In this document: one piece after another, positions 15,855 through 25,367 of the stretch
Layout of the letters: every line of letters starts with the position of its first letter
Numbering within the stretch: the first letter of the stretch is position 1
Source: Megasphaera elsdenii DSM 20460
Lineage (GTDB): Bacteria > Bacillota > Negativicutes > Veillonellales > Megasphaeraceae
Length of the DNA stretch: 32,000 nt
Direction: 5' to 3'
Assembly (NCBI RefSeq): GCF_003010495.1
Contig: NZ_CP027570.1
Span: forward strand, 480,001 to 512,000
Notes under the pieces: model-generated
Databases searched by the model: none
Told to the model about the DNA's origin: nothing
Seen by the model: only the letters and a program-made list of their open reading frames with translations
Position numbers and translations under genes: made by a program

Positions 15855-16964
15855 CTACGAATCAAGTAAAACGTGAGACTTGAGAACCAAAACAATTTCT
15901 GTGTTTTTATGCGACTTATAGTGATAACGAAACAATTTCCCCAACACCGGCAATGACGCCAGAATGGGTACCTTGCGGAAATGCTCCACCTCTTCCCGGC
16001 GGATCAGACCACCAATGACCAAGGGCTCGCCATCGCGCAGACGCACGACCGTCCGGGCCTGGCGCGTCGCAATGCGGTAGGCCTTCATTTCCGGTACAAA
16101 CACAGGCGTACTCACTTCTGCCACCAACTGGGCCGTCACCGAGTTATCCGGATGGATCTGCGGAGTATAGGTCAATTTTATGCCCGCCTCTTCGTAAGTC
16201 GTGCTCACAGCCGTCTCCTTGCCAGACAGATGCTCTGTCTGGACGGGAACCTTATCGCCGATGAGGATGTGCGCTTCCCGGCCATTGCTGGCCACCATAT
16301 GCGGCGAAGCCAGAATCTGAGCCCGTCCCTTTTCTTCGAGGGCGTGGATTGTCCCGGCCAGGGAAAAGACATCGTGGTCCGCTCCGCCTTCCACCGTCGA
16401 CCAATTCCATTCCATACCGGTCTGTTTCAACAGGCTGTCATCGACGGAGGCGACCTCTACAGAAACATCAACTTGCCGCGCCGGCACATCGAGGCGCTTC
16501 ACCAGGGAATGAACAGCGGCCTGCACTTGGTGGGTCCCGCCGACGACGAGGGTATTCGTATCACTATGACAGCGCACATCGGCTTCCGGTACCGCCGCCT
16601 GGACAGCTTCTTTCAAAACGGCCGGGTCGGCATAGCGCAGAGACCAGGTGTGGAACGTCTTGACGCCTTTTCCCGCTTTGGGTCCGGTCATCGTCCGGAT
16701 AAGTCCGGATTTTTCATAGTACAAGCCTTGGCTGTCGGCAATAGCCTGCAAGGCCTCTTCCAAGGTGACATCGTGGAGGTTCATCGTCAATGCCCCCTGC
16801 ACGCTGTCATCGACGACGAGATTGATATTCCCTGACCTGGCCAGTCCTTCCAGTACCGTCCGCGTCGGCACATCCTGGACCTGTACATCGACGGCTCCCG
16901 CTGTCCAGGGACAAAGGCAACAGACGCTGACAGCCAGCCACTTTTTCCATTCATTCACAACCAT
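15855..16964 (-). CDS. Outer-membrane secretin (GspD/PilQ superfamily), unusually short at 369 aa
   Basis: Signal peptide. N0/STN-like region VPTRTVLEGLARSGNINLVVDDSVQGALTMNLHDVTLEEALQAI. C-terminal secretin signature GEPLVIGGLIR...VPILASLPVLGKLFRY....EIVLVLKSHVL. Confidence 0.8.
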   Translation of the reverse strand: MVVNEWKKWLAVSVCCLCPWTAGAVDVQVQDVPTRTVLEGLARSGNINLVVDDSVQGALTMNLHDVTLEEALQAIADSQGLYYEKSGLIRTMTGPKAGKGVKTFHTWSLRYADPAVLKEAVQAAVPEADVRCHSDTNTLVVGGTHQVQAAVHSLVKRLDVPARQVDVSVEVASVDDSLLKQTGMEWNWSTVEGGADHDVFSLAGTIHALEEKGRAQILASPHMVASNGREAHILIGDKVPVQTEHLSGKETAVSTTYEEAGIKLTYTPQIHPDNSVTAQLVAEVSTPVFVPEMKAYRIATRQARTVVRLRDGEPLVIGGLIRREEVEHFRKVPILASLPVLGKLFRYHYKSHKNTEIVLVLKSHVLLDS

Positions 16965-16976
16965 CCCTGCCTTTCC

Positions 16977-17564
16977 TTACAAAGGAATTTCAAAAACCCG
17001 TCCATCCCGCTGCAGGCCGGTGGCCTGACGGTTGACGTAGGCGACATACCAGCCGTTCCACCATTCACCGGCAGCACACGTCGCCGTCTGTCCCTGCCAT
17101 TTCAAAATGACTAAATGGACTTCTCCTTCGTGGACAGCCCCACAAACGATGGGCAATGTCCATTCTTTCTTATCTTTTTTAGGTGGTTCCTTATCTTTTT
17201 TAGGCGCTGCCGCCGGAACAGGCAGCTGTACCGCTTCAGGCGCAGCAGTCTTCTTCGGCAGACTGCCGGCAAATAAATCAGGTAAGGATTTGTAACGCAA
17301 GGCCGGGCGGACATCATAGACGAGGTTTCCCTTATCGTTTCCCTTTTCCACCTTTTCAGAGGCAGAAAAAACGGGATGCGCTCCAGCAGTATGCTGGACA
17401 GCATCCCGTTTCATGTATTCTTGTCCTTGCGGCTCGTCCCACCACAACCAGATGGCGCCAAGACAGACAAGTATCCCCACATAGGGAAGCCATGTCTTGC
17501 GATGGTGAACGAGACCGTTCCTTACCTTTGGCAGAGCGGATAAGACCTTATTTCTTATCTCCAT
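16977..17564 (-). CDS. Single-pass membrane protein with Pro/Lys-rich linker and C-terminal beta-rich domain (possible PilP/GspC-like secretin partner)
   Basis: TM segment TWLPYVGILVCLGAIWLWW. Linker PAAAPKKDKEPPKKDKK. Ends 12 nt before the secretin ATG. ATG 17564 overlaps the galE 3' end by 17 nt (ORF-track start is 17606). The functional call is inference only. Confidence 0.55.
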   Translation of the reverse strand: MEIRNKVLSALPKVRNGLVHHRKTWLPYVGILVCLGAIWLWWDEPQGQEYMKRDAVQHTAGAHPVFSASEKVEKGNDKGNLVYDVRPALRYKSLPDLFAGSLPKKTAAPEAVQLPVPAAAPKKDKEPPKKDKKEWTLPIVCGAVHEGEVHLVILKWQGQTATCAAGEWWNGWYVAYVNRQATGLQRDGRVFEIPL

Positions 17565-18543
17565 AGCCCTGCGGATGATGCTGATGCCAGTTCCAGGCAT
17601 CGGCAATGATTTGTTCTACTTTGCTGTGTGTCGGCTGCCAGCCTGTGACGCGGCGGATCTTTTCGGATCCGGCGATGAGGATGGCCGGGTCGCCGGCGCG
17701 GCGCGGTGCTTCTTCGACTTTGAAGTCTTTGCCTGTGACTTTCTTAGCGGCTTCGATCATTTCACGGACGCTGAAGCCGTTCTGAGAGCCTAAGTTGAAG
17801 TACTGCGATTCTCCCCCTTCGGCGAGATACTGGAGGACCCTTACGTGGGCGTCTGCGAGGTCTGTGACGTGAATGTAGTCACGGATACAGGTGCCGTCGG
17901 GCGTGGGATAGTCCGTGCCGAAGATTTTGATGCTGTCCCGCTGGCCCAGGGCCGTCTGCAGGATCAAGGGGATGAGGTGTGTTTCCGGGGTATGGTCTTC
18001 CCCGATGGTGCCGCTTCCATCGGCCCCGGCGGCATTGAAGTAGCGCAGGGCCACGTAGCGCAGGCCGTAAGCCCGGCTGAACTGGGCCAGCATGGTTTCG
18101 ATCATGAGCTTGGTCTGGCCGTAGACGTTGGTCGGATGGTAGGGCATGTCTTCCGTGATCGGCGTCTGTTCCGGTTCGCCATAGACGGCGGCCGTCGACG
18201 AGAAGACGAAGTATTTGACGCCGGCCCGGCGTACGGCTTCCAAGAGGCTGTATGAGCCGACGACGTTGTTATCATAGTAAATCGTCGGGTTTTCCATGGA
18301 TTCGCCGACCTGGCTATGGGCGGCGAAGTGCATGACAGCGTCGATGTTCATGTCTTCCATGATGTGCTGTACCCGGTCGATGTCATGGATGTCGACGACG
18401 TAAAAAGGGATTTCTTCCGGGACGGCTGCTCGATGGCCGCGGGAAAGATTATCGATAACGACGACGTCGTGGCCTTGAGCCAATAAAGCTTTGACCGTGT
18501 GGCTGCCGATGTAGCCAGCGCCGCCTGTAACGAGAATATTCAT
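17548..18543 (-). CDS. galE: UDP-glucose 4-epimerase
   Basis: MNILVTGGAGYIGSH Rossmann motif. Catalytic YGQTK. 331 aa. Confidence 0.93.
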   Translation of the reverse strand: MNILVTGGAGYIGSHTVKALLAQGHDVVVIDNLSRGHRAAVPEEIPFYVVDIHDIDRVQHIMEDMNIDAVMHFAAHSQVGESMENPTIYYDNNVVGSYSLLEAVRRAGVKYFVFSSTAAVYGEPEQTPITEDMPYHPTNVYGQTKLMIETMLAQFSRAYGLRYVALRYFNAAGADGSGTIGEDHTPETHLIPLILQTALGQRDSIKIFGTDYPTPDGTCIRDYIHVTDLADAHVRVLQYLAEGGESQYFNLGSQNGFSVREMIEAAKKVTGKDFKVEEAPRRAGDPAILIAGSEKIRRVTGWQPTHSKVEQIIADAWNWHQHHPQGYGDKK

Positions 18544-18571
18544 TGAGAATCTGCCTTTCTTATATTATCAT

Positions 18572-20014
18572 CTATTTTTCTTGTAATTTCTTCAGGCGGC
18601 CGCCGAGGAATTTCTTATAGACTTCGACGCCGGGCTGGTTGAAGGCGTCGACGTTGGCGTATTCGCCTTCGTATGCGATGGACAAGCAAAGCATGAACAT
18701 CAATTCGCCCAAGTGATACGGCGTCAGGGCCGGCAAGATGTAGTTCGCGCTGGGGCGGCCGTCACCGGCGAGGGCTTCGGCATTGGAGCTACGGGCGGCT
18801 TCCAGGATCTGGCTCAAGGGCAGGCCGCTGAAGGCAGCGAGTTTCGGGTATTCGTCATAGAGATGGGGGACCGTGACGTCGTCAGGCCAGTTTTCGACGG
18901 AGACGAACTGGACGACTTTGTCCTGCGGGCCTTCCTGGTGTTCCTGGGTCTGGGCGTGCATGTCCGTCGTACCGACGGCGACGATCGGCGTGCGGCCGTA
19001 GTTGACGACGTTGCCCTGTTTGTCCAGGCGTTTGCCCAGGGATTCAGCCAGGAGCTGGATGTACCATTCGGACAGGGATTTCAGGTTGTCCGCATAGGGC
19101 ATGAGGACTTCCAGGTCGCGGCCGTGGTTCTTGCCGGCCAGGAATTTGAGGACGCTGTTGAGCAGGGCCGGGTTCTGCCAGATATCCGGATTCTGGCAGG
19201 CGTGGTCCATGTCGCGGGCGCCGTCGAGGAATTGGCGGATATCGAAGCCCGTGAGGGCACCGACGATGAGGCCGACTTCGGAGAAGACGCTGAAACGGCC
19301 GCCGACGCCATCGGGAACGTAGAAGATGGGCCAGCCCGATTTCTTGGCCAGGCCGTGGAGCAATGTTTCTTTATCGCCACCGTCGTGGGGGTCCGTAACG
19401 GCGACCGTTTCCAGGGCGATGCCGGCGTCGTTCATGGCCTGTTTGAGGACCATGTAGTTGGACATGGGTTCGATGGTCGAGCCCGATTTGGAAATGACGA
19501 CGGCCATGACCGTGTAGTTCGGTTTGGTATGGCTGTCAGCCTTGAGGAAATGGATGAGTCCCGTCATCTTATGGGAGTCGACGTTGTTGCCGGCAAAGAA
19601 GGCTTTCGGGAAGCCCTTGCGTTCTGCCGTGCTCTTAAGGTTCCAAAATTCGCCGCACTGGACGTCGAAGAGGACCTTGCCGCCGAGATAAGAACCGCCG
19701 ATGCCGAGGAATACGACGGCGTCTACGCGGTTGCGCGTCGTCCGTGCCAGTTCTTCCAGGGCAAAGATGCGTTCCGGGCTGTTGATGTTGCCGTCTTCGA
19801 TGTACGGCAGCTGCGGGAAGAGGACTTCTTCCGGTTCGCCGTCTTTCGAGAGATGGCCCGGCATGATACCGGTCTTGCGCATATTCATAACGGCTTCGTG
19901 GGCTTTTGTATAGACAGGCGCGAAAGCCTTTACTTCATCTTCAGTTACTTCATTGGGACCATAGAGGTTGGTTACGTCAAAAGTAAATCCAGAACGTAAT
20001 TTCAATTGGGTCAT
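18572..20014 (-). CDS. pgi: Glucose-6-phosphate isomerase
   Basis: LGIGGSYLG and the PGI signature GVGGRFSVFSEVG. 480 aa. Confidence 0.88.
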   Translation of the reverse strand: MTQLKLRSGFTFDVTNLYGPNEVTEDEVKAFAPVYTKAHEAVMNMRKTGIMPGHLSKDGEPEEVLFPQLPYIEDGNINSPERIFALEELARTTRNRVDAVVFLGIGGSYLGGKVLFDVQCGEFWNLKSTAERKGFPKAFFAGNNVDSHKMTGLIHFLKADSHTKPNYTVMAVVISKSGSTIEPMSNYMVLKQAMNDAGIALETVAVTDPHDGGDKETLLHGLAKKSGWPIFYVPDGVGGRFSVFSEVGLIVGALTGFDIRQFLDGARDMDHACQNPDIWQNPALLNSVLKFLAGKNHGRDLEVLMPYADNLKSLSEWYIQLLAESLGKRLDKQGNVVNYGRTPIVAVGTTDMHAQTQEHQEGPQDKVVQFVSVENWPDDVTVPHLYDEYPKLAAFSGLPLSQILEAARSSNAEALAGDGRPSANYILPALTPYHLGELMFMLCLSIAYEGEYANVDAFNQPGVEVYKKFLGGRLKKLQEK

Positions 20015-20064
20015 GTGAGTTCCCTACCTTTCGATAGAATAATGTCTGATTCACGTATAAGGTC

Positions 20065-20073
20065 ATTATAGCA
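20065..20073 (-). promoter_or_regulatory. Candidate extended -10 promoter (TGcTATAAT) for pgi-galE
   Basis: The minus strand reads TGCTATAAT about 50 nt upstream of the pgi ATG. The -35 is weak. Confidence 0.4.
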
Positions 20074-20123
20074 CAAAACGGGGCGCACGGGCTACCTCCT
20101 GGACGGGGACGGGCCCGATGTGG

Positions 20124-20159
20124 AAAAAGGACTTGTCGCATGACGACAAGTCCTTTTTT
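20124..20159. terminator. Bidirectional intrinsic terminator ending the ABC transporter operon
   Basis: Perfect stem ggacttgtcg/cgacaagtcc with loop catga. Flanked by A5 and T6. Loop context gtcgcatgaNgac is shared with the terminators at 1078 and 13788. Confidence 0.75.
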
Positions 20160-20162
20160 GCT

Positions 20163-20279
20163 GTAGGGGCTCGCACGTGGCGAGCCCGTTCATGTAAATG
20201 ATTGATAACGGGATTCCCGCAAGCGGCTATGGCAACCTCTCAGACCGCCTTTGGCGGCCTGCGAATTGCGATTTTGCAA
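20163..20279 (+). repeat. Intergenic mosaic: REP-like hairpin plus fragments of the 146-bp unit
   Basis: gtaggggctcgc-acgtg-gcgagccc at 20163-20187. caacctctcagaccgc...ggcggcctgcg at about 20233-20262 joins two segments of the array unit. Confidence 0.6.
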
Positions 20280-21047
20280 TCAAAAATGCAGCATGGATTT
20301 TAGGAAGTTCTGGGTCCGTTCGTTCTGCGGGTGTTCGAAGACGTCTTCCGGTTTGCCTTGTTCCTGGATGATGCCGTCGGCCATGAAGATGACCCGGTCG
20401 GCGACTTCCTTGGCGAAGGCCATTTCGTGGGTGACGATGATCATGGTCATGTGTTCATCGGCGAGCTGTTTGATAGTCCGCAGGACTTCGCCGGTCAGTT
20501 CCGGATCGAGGGCACTCGTCGGTTCGTCGAAGAGCATGATGTCCGGGTCCATGGCCAGGGCGCGGGCAATGGCCACACGCTGCTGCTGGCCGCCGGAGAG
20601 GCGCGACGGATAGGCATCGCGTTTGTCCCAGAGGCCGACTTTCTTCAGGAGTTCTTCGGCCTTGGGCATGATGTCTTCGGTCTTCATCTTCTTGACGATG
20701 CGCGGCGCTTCCAGAATGTTATCCAAAACGGTCATGTGCGGGAAGAGGTTGAAGTGCTGGAAGCACATGCCCATGCGGCGGCAGATGGCCCGGACTTCGG
20801 CTGCCGGGGCATAGACGGCACGCTGGCTTCCTTCCGGCGTACTGACCATGGTCCGGCCGTCGACGACGATGGAACCGCTGTTAATCGTTTCCAACTGACA
20901 GAGACAGCGCAGGAAGGTACTCTTGCCGCTCCCTGACGGGCCGATGATGGAAATGACTTCCCCCGTTTCAACGTGGAGGGTAACGTCTTTCAAGACTTCG
21001 AGACTGCCGAAGGTCTTGCGGATATGGTCCATTTCAATAAAACTCAT
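20280..21047 (-). CDS. Polar amino-acid ABC transporter ATP-binding protein (GlnQ-like)
   Basis: Walker [10 protein letters not shown], signature [15 protein letters not shown], Walker [13 protein letters not shown]. Confidence 0.93.
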   Translation of the reverse strand: MSFIEMDHIRKTFGSLEVLKDVTLHVETGEVISIIGPSGSGKSTFLRCLCQLETINSGSIVVDGRTMVSTPEGSQRAVYAPAAEVRAICRRMGMCFQHFNLFPHMTVLDNILEAPRIVKKMKTEDIMPKAEELLKKVGLWDKRDAYPSRLSGGQQQRVAIARALAMDPDIMLFDEPTSALDPELTGEVLRTIKQLADEHMTMIIVTHEMAFAKEVADRVIFMADGIIQEQGKPEDVFEHPQNERTQNFLKSMLHF

Positions 21048-21058
21048 GATAATCCTCC

Positions 21059-21709
21059 TTATTCATCGTAAACGGCATAGCGTTTTTCCAGATATCCAAA
21101 GACCTTAGTCAGGATAAAGGTAAAGAACAGATAGAAGACAGCCGCTACCAGGAAGGCCGTCGTATCAAAGTCGCGCTGTACGATGGAACGGGTAATGCGC
21201 AGGATGTCGTTCATGGCCAGGATGTAGACCAGGGACGTATCCTTGAGGAGGTTGATCGTTTCGTTCGATACCGGCGGCAGGACGCGCTTGATGACCTGGG
21301 GCAGGATGATGCGGCGCATGGTCTGGACGTAAGTCATGCCCAGGACCTTGGCACCTTCATACTGGCCGCGGTCGATGGACTGGATGCCGCCGCGGAAGAT
21401 TTCGGCAAAATACGCGGCGTAGTTGAGGACGAAGGCGATGATAGCCGCCGGGAAGGCCGGCAGTTTCAGGCCGTCGATGATGAAAGGCAGGCCATAGTAG
21501 ATGAACAGGATCTGCAGCATGAGCGGCGTGCCGCGCATGACATAGATATAGGCGTACATGGCCTTGCGCAGGATGGCGATTTTGGAAATACGGCCGATAG
21601 CCATGAGGATGCCCAAGGGCAGGCTCAGGATGATGGTGATGATGAAAATTTTCAGGGTAATCTGAAGGCCTACGGCAACGGCAGGCACGATGTGAAATAA
21701 ATAGTCCAT
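21059..21709 (-). CDS. Polar amino-acid ABC transporter permease (HisM/GlnP family)
   Basis: 216 aa with 5 TM segments. EAA-like loop [27 protein letters not shown]. Confidence 0.9.
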   Translation of the reverse strand: MDYLFHIVPAVAVGLQITLKIFIITIILSLPLGILMAIGRISKIAILRKAMYAYIYVMRGTPLMLQILFIYYGLPFIIDGLKLPAFPAAIIAFVLNYAAYFAEIFRGGIQSIDRGQYEGAKVLGMTYVQTMRRIILPQVIKRVLPPVSNETINLLKDTSLVYILAMNDILRITRSIVQRDFDTTAFLVAAVFYLFFTFILTKVFGYLEKRYAVYDE

Positions 21710-21770
21710 GTTGGCTCCTTTTTGGGAATTAACACATATACGGCATAGGATTCACTTATATACGCAAGGC

Positions 21771-21840
21771 GGGCCGCCCTTTTGGGCGGCCCCTACATAC
21801 GGTCCATAGGACCGTTGCAAACTGCGAACTGCGAATCTCC
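21771..21840 (-). repeat. REP-like hairpins inside the ABC operon, between the SBP genes and the permease
   Basis: Inverted family copy gggccgcc-cttttg-ggcggcccctac at 21771-21796. ggtcc-ata-ggacc at 21801-21813. gcaaactgcgaactgcgaa motif also seen at 1130-1145 and 20261-20279. Confidence 0.65.
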
Positions 21841-21842
21841 GC

Positions 21843-22646
21843 TTACTGTACTTTAATGGTAATATCTTCGTTAAACCACTTCTGGGACAACTTAGTCATT
21901 GTACCATCTTCGCTCATTTGTTTCAAGACGTCGTTGAGTTTATCCTGCAAGAGCGTATCTTCTTTGCGCATGCCGACGCCGAATTTTTCGTCGCCCATCT
22001 TGTCGTCGATGACTTTGAATTTGCCCGGCTTCTTGGCCATGTAGTAACGGCCGACGACGCTGTCGACGAGGATGCCGTCGGTACGGCCGATTTCCAGGTC
22101 CATGAAGGCATTGACGAAGTCACCGTATTTCTTGACTTCTGCCAGGGAATCCTTGAATTCGGCGTTCTTTTCCAGGGCGTCGATGGAACTGCTCCCTTCC
22201 TGGGTGCCAATGACTTTCCCTGCCAGGCCGGCCCGGTCGCTAACCGGCGAATCGGCGCGGACGACGAGGAGCTGAGCGTTATTCATATACGGCTTGGAAA
22301 AGGCAATCTGCTGAGACCGTTCGTCCGTGATGGTCAAGCCGTTCCAAAGCATGTCGACCTGTTTGCTCTTGAGGGCCGCTTCCTTGCTGTCCCAGTCGAT
22401 GGGCTTAAATTCGACGGGGATGCCCAGGCGCTTGGACGCTTCCTGTGCCAGGTCGATGTCGAAGCCGACGAGCTGACCGCTGTCATCGCGGAAACCCATG
22501 GGCGGGAAGTTGTCGTCGAGACCGATGACGATCTTATCGGGCAGTTTCTGTGCTGCCTGTTTATCCGTATTGCCGCCGCAGCCGGCGATCATGGTAACGG
22601 CTGCGACAGCCAGGGTGCCCGCAGCCAGTGCTTTTTTCCAATTCAT
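21843..22646 (-). CDS. Amino-acid ABC transporter substrate-binding lipoprotein (paralog 1)
   Basis: Lipobox MIAGC. Motifs GLDDNFPPMGF, GFDIDLA, DMLWNGLTIT. Confidence 0.88.
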   Translation of the reverse strand: MNWKKALAAGTLAVAAVTMIAGCGGNTDKQAAQKLPDKIVIGLDDNFPPMGFRDDSGQLVGFDIDLAQEASKRLGIPVEFKPIDWDSKEAALKSKQVDMLWNGLTITDERSQQIAFSKPYMNNAQLLVVRADSPVSDRAGLAGKVIGTQEGSSSIDALEKNAEFKDSLAEVKKYGDFVNAFMDLEIGRTDGILVDSVVGRYYMAKKPGKFKVIDDKMGDEKFGVGMRKEDTLLQDKLNDVLKQMSEDGTMTKLSQKWFNEDITIKVQ

Positions 22647-22658
22647 GTAAATTCCTCC

Positions 22659-23456
22659 TTACATCGTGACGTCGATGCCAAACCATTTTTCAGAAATCTT
22701 CTTCGACGTACCGTCGTTGTGCATATCTTCCAGTACCTTGTCGATCCGGGCCTTCAGTTCCGTGTCATCCTTGCGCATGCCGACACCGCTGGGGATGTCC
22801 GGATAGCCGACGTCGATGATGCGGAAGGGCGCGTTATTCTTCTTGATGAAGTAGGCAGCTGTCGTCTGGGCGACGACAACGGCGTCGATGCGGCCGACTT
22901 CCAGGTCCATGAAGGACGTGACGTTATCCGAATACTGTTTCAATTCCTTGAAGGAATCGCGCAGTTCCGGTTCGGCTTCGATGGCTTCCAACCCAGTGCT
23001 GCCCTGCTGGGTGCCGACGATCTTGCCGGCCAGGTCGGCCTTGCCCTGGATGGGCGAGTCGTTCTTGACTAACAGGATCTGCGGGCCGTTTTCATAAGGC
23101 CGGGAGAAGAGGATGTTCTGTTCCCGTTCCGGCGTGATGGACAGGCCGTTCCAGATGGCATCGATTTTCTTGCTCTTCAGTTCCGTTTCCTTGCTGTCCC
23201 AGTCGATGGGCTTAAATTCGACTTCCATGCCCAGGCGCTTGCTGGCTTCCTTGGCCATGTCGATGTCGAAGCCGACGAGCTCGCCGCTTTCATCATGGAA
23301 TCCGAAAGGCGGGAAGTTATCATCGAGGCCGATGACGATTTTCCCCTTTTGAGCCGTCGCCCCCTTGTCGGTCTGTTTGTCAGCGCCGCACCCGGCGACG
23401 AAGGTTGCTGTCAGAAGTGCCGCCATGCCGGCAGCTGCGTATTTTCTCCATTCCAT
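22659..23456 (-). CDS. Amino-acid ABC transporter substrate-binding lipoprotein (paralog 2)
   Basis: Lipobox FVAGC. Motifs GLDDNFPPFGF, GFDIDMA, DAIWNGLSIT. ATG 23456 is preferred (GGGAG upstream); the ORF-track start is 23480. Confidence 0.88.
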   Translation of the reverse strand: MEWRKYAAAGMAALLTATFVAGCGADKQTDKGATAQKGKIVIGLDDNFPPFGFHDESGELVGFDIDMAKEASKRLGMEVEFKPIDWDSKETELKSKKIDAIWNGLSITPEREQNILFSRPYENGPQILLVKNDSPIQGKADLAGKIVGTQQGSTGLEAIEAEPELRDSFKELKQYSDNVTSFMDLEVGRIDAVVVAQTTAAYFIKKNNAPFRIIDVGYPDIPSGVGMRKDDTELKARIDKVLEDMHNDGTSKKISEKWFGIDVTM

Positions 23457-23549
23457 GATTATCCGCTCCCTTGAGATCATCTAGACGTACCGTTGTGTAC
23501 AAGCCTTATTTTACTTTATTTCGTTAAAAAGATAAAGGCTTTAGGGTAT

Positions 23550-23577
23550 AAAAAATCGGCATGTCTCCATGCCGATT
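23550..23577 (-). terminator. Intrinsic terminator of the upstream six-gene operon
   Basis: Minus strand aatcggcatg-gaga-catgccgatt followed by TTTTTT. Confidence 0.7.
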
Positions 23578-23606
23578 TATGCATACCATACATATGACAG
23601 GCGCCG

Positions 23607-24113
23607 TCAGTGAGCGCTGTCGTCGTCATCGCGCTCATGGGCCTGCTTGATGCGGTCGATGATGCGCTGTTTGTTCCGCTTGGAGAGGAACTGCAAGTGG
23701 ACCGGCAGGACGGCCAGCCCCCCTTCTTCGGCTTCGCCCAGCTGGATTTCCTGCCAGCTGTCACCGATGACGAAGATATCCTTATACGGGAGGAAGACGA
23801 GGCTCCGCTCTTCATGGAACTGATCGTCGTAGAACTCGCGGAGGGACCGGAACTGGCGGCGGACGACGAGGCCTTTCCGGGTGACGTAGCACATGACGTC
23901 GTCCTGGCGGTGGATGCGCCACAGGCAGAAAGCCAGGACGGCCCAGTTGTCGAGGTGCTCGACGAGGTGCTGTTCGCCCATCATAAGCCAGAAGAAATAG
24001 ATGGCCACCAGGAGGAAGAGGACCTTCATGAAGACCGAGAACCACTTGGAGTTCTCATAGGCCGCCTCGACGGGACCGCAGCGGAAGCGCTTTTCCAGGT
24101 CCTCGTTTTTCAT
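23607..24113 (-). CDS. Hypothetical membrane protein (2 TM segments plus cytoplasmic domain, acidic C-terminus)
   Basis: 168-aa ORF. TM segments WFSVFMKVLFLLVAIYFFWLMM and WAVLAFCLW. Its ATG overlaps the upstream stop (ATGA). No family recognised. Confidence 0.6.
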   Translation of the reverse strand: MKNEDLEKRFRCGPVEAAYENSKWFSVFMKVLFLLVAIYFFWLMMGEQHLVEHLDNWAVLAFCLWRIHRQDDVMCYVTRKGLVVRRQFRSLREFYDDQFHEERSLVFLPYKDIFVIGDSWQEIQLGEAEEGGLAVLPVHLQFLSKRNKQRIIDRIKQAHERDDDDSAH

Positions 24114-24445
24114 TTTCTCAGTTTCTTGCTCGTCTTCGGCGCCGTCTTGATGACGACGTTGCGGCCGTCTTTGACGACTTCCAGGGAGATGTCGCCGACG
24201 CCGTCCTTGAAGTAAGCCATCTTGATGTCCAACAGGATGGAGCCGACTTTTTCCTGGAGGTCATCCGTGAAGAACTGGCGGCGGAAGTCCGATGCGGTCT
24301 GCTTCTTGGCCGACTTTTTGGCCTGCGGCCGGCGGACGCTCACTTCGTCGTCTTCCCAGCCCGTCGTTTCAAAAGTCGCTTCTTCTTCAACGCCCTGGAA
24401 CATGTCTTCAATGGAGCGGTTCTTGGGAATCTTATGTTTTGCCAT
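24110..24445 (-). CDS. Small basic hypothetical protein (111 aa)
   Basis: AGGTGA lies 6 nt upstream of ATG 24445. The ORF-track start at 24454 is GTG. Translationally coupled to the next gene. No family recognised. Confidence 0.6.
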   Translation of the reverse strand: MAKHKIPKNRSIEDMFQGVEEEATFETTGWEDDEVSVRRPQAKKSAKKQTASDFRRQFFTDDLQEKVGSILLDIKMAYFKDGVGDISLEVVKDGRNVVIKTAPKTSKKLRK

Positions 24446-24454
24446 GACAATCAC

Positions 24455-25357
24455 CTACTTCTTTTCCATTTTGTCGGATTTTTCCGACGCTTCGTGCATA
24501 CTATTAAGGGTAATCTTATTAAATTCTTCCGGCGTCTTGTACGTCGCAATCTTCTTGAAGCCGACGCGCAGGCGGCCCCGGTAAGCGGCTACGACCTTGT
24601 CGTCGTGGTTCATTTCGGCGATGTAGATTTCCTGGCCGTCGATGCCGATGAGGCGGAAGTTGCCGCTCGGCGAGATTTCACGCCAGCTGCTGGTCGCTCC
24701 GTCGAACATGTAGACGACGCCGGTCCTCAGGTTGTCGTAGAAGAAGGTATCCGAGTCGTAGAAGACGGCAATGCGGCCGATGTTTTCTGCCTGGACGTGG
24801 ATGCGGCGCGTATCGTAGTTGGCATCGGTCCGGTAGATGCGGTATTTATTTTCGCCAACTTGGAGCTTCATGTAAACGACATTGGTCGCTGTCGAATAAG
24901 CGACATCGGTAATCTTGCTGTCGACCGGTGCGTCTTCGATAGGCGTATCGAGTTCGCGGTCCGGATAAATCGGGTTGTACTGGGCGATGTAGACGCCGTA
25001 CTTGCCGTTTTTCCTGTCGCGGCCATAGGTAGCGAAAATAGCCAGGTTGCGGTCGGGCAGCCATTCAAAGAAAGAAACTTTACGGCCGTGGAGATTGATG
25101 CGCTGGGGATCGCTCTTCTTTCCGGCTTCGTAAATCGTGACCCTGTCGTCGACGATAGTCGCCATGAAGCGCTTGTCATAGGAATAGAAGCTGCGGCCGT
25201 TCGGTTCCGTCCCTTCGCCCATGGCTTCCTGCTGGTTCGTGCCGCCGATCTGGAAGTCCGACGTCGGCGCAAACAGGACCTGATCGAGATAGAGATAAAT
25301 AGCAGCCTGGACGGCGATGCCTGCCAGAAAGACTGCGATGAACTTTCGTATTTTCAT
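24455..25357 (-). CDS. Membrane-anchored extracytoplasmic beta-rich protein (propeller-like), unknown function
   Basis: N-terminal anchor FIAVFLAGIAVQAAIYLYL. Recurrent aromatic beta-strand motifs: VTIYEAG, VYIAQYN, VVYMKLQ, YRIYRTD, VVYMFDG, IYIAEMN. GGAGG lies 6 nt upstream of the ATG. Confidence 0.65.
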   Translation of the reverse strand: MKIRKFIAVFLAGIAVQAAIYLYLDQVLFAPTSDFQIGGTNQQEAMGEGTEPNGRSFYSYDKRFMATIVDDRVTIYEAGKKSDPQRINLHGRKVSFFEWLPDRNLAIFATYGRDRKNGKYGVYIAQYNPIYPDRELDTPIEDAPVDSKITDVAYSTATNVVYMKLQVGENKYRIYRTDANYDTRRIHVQAENIGRIAVFYDSDTFFYDNLRTGVVYMFDGATSSWREISPSGNFRLIGIDGQEIYIAEMNHDDKVVAAYRGRLRVGFKKIATYKTPEEFNKITLNSMHEASEKSDKMEKK

Positions 25358-25367
25358 AGCCTGCCTC

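Noticed and set aside
18713-19999. 428-aa plus-strand ORF
   Set aside because: Antisense shadow of pgi, whose PGI signature is on the minus strand.
21918-23072. 384-aa plus-strand ORF spanning two genes
   Set aside because: Antisense to both SBP genes and to the intergenic gap between them. Not plausible as a gene.
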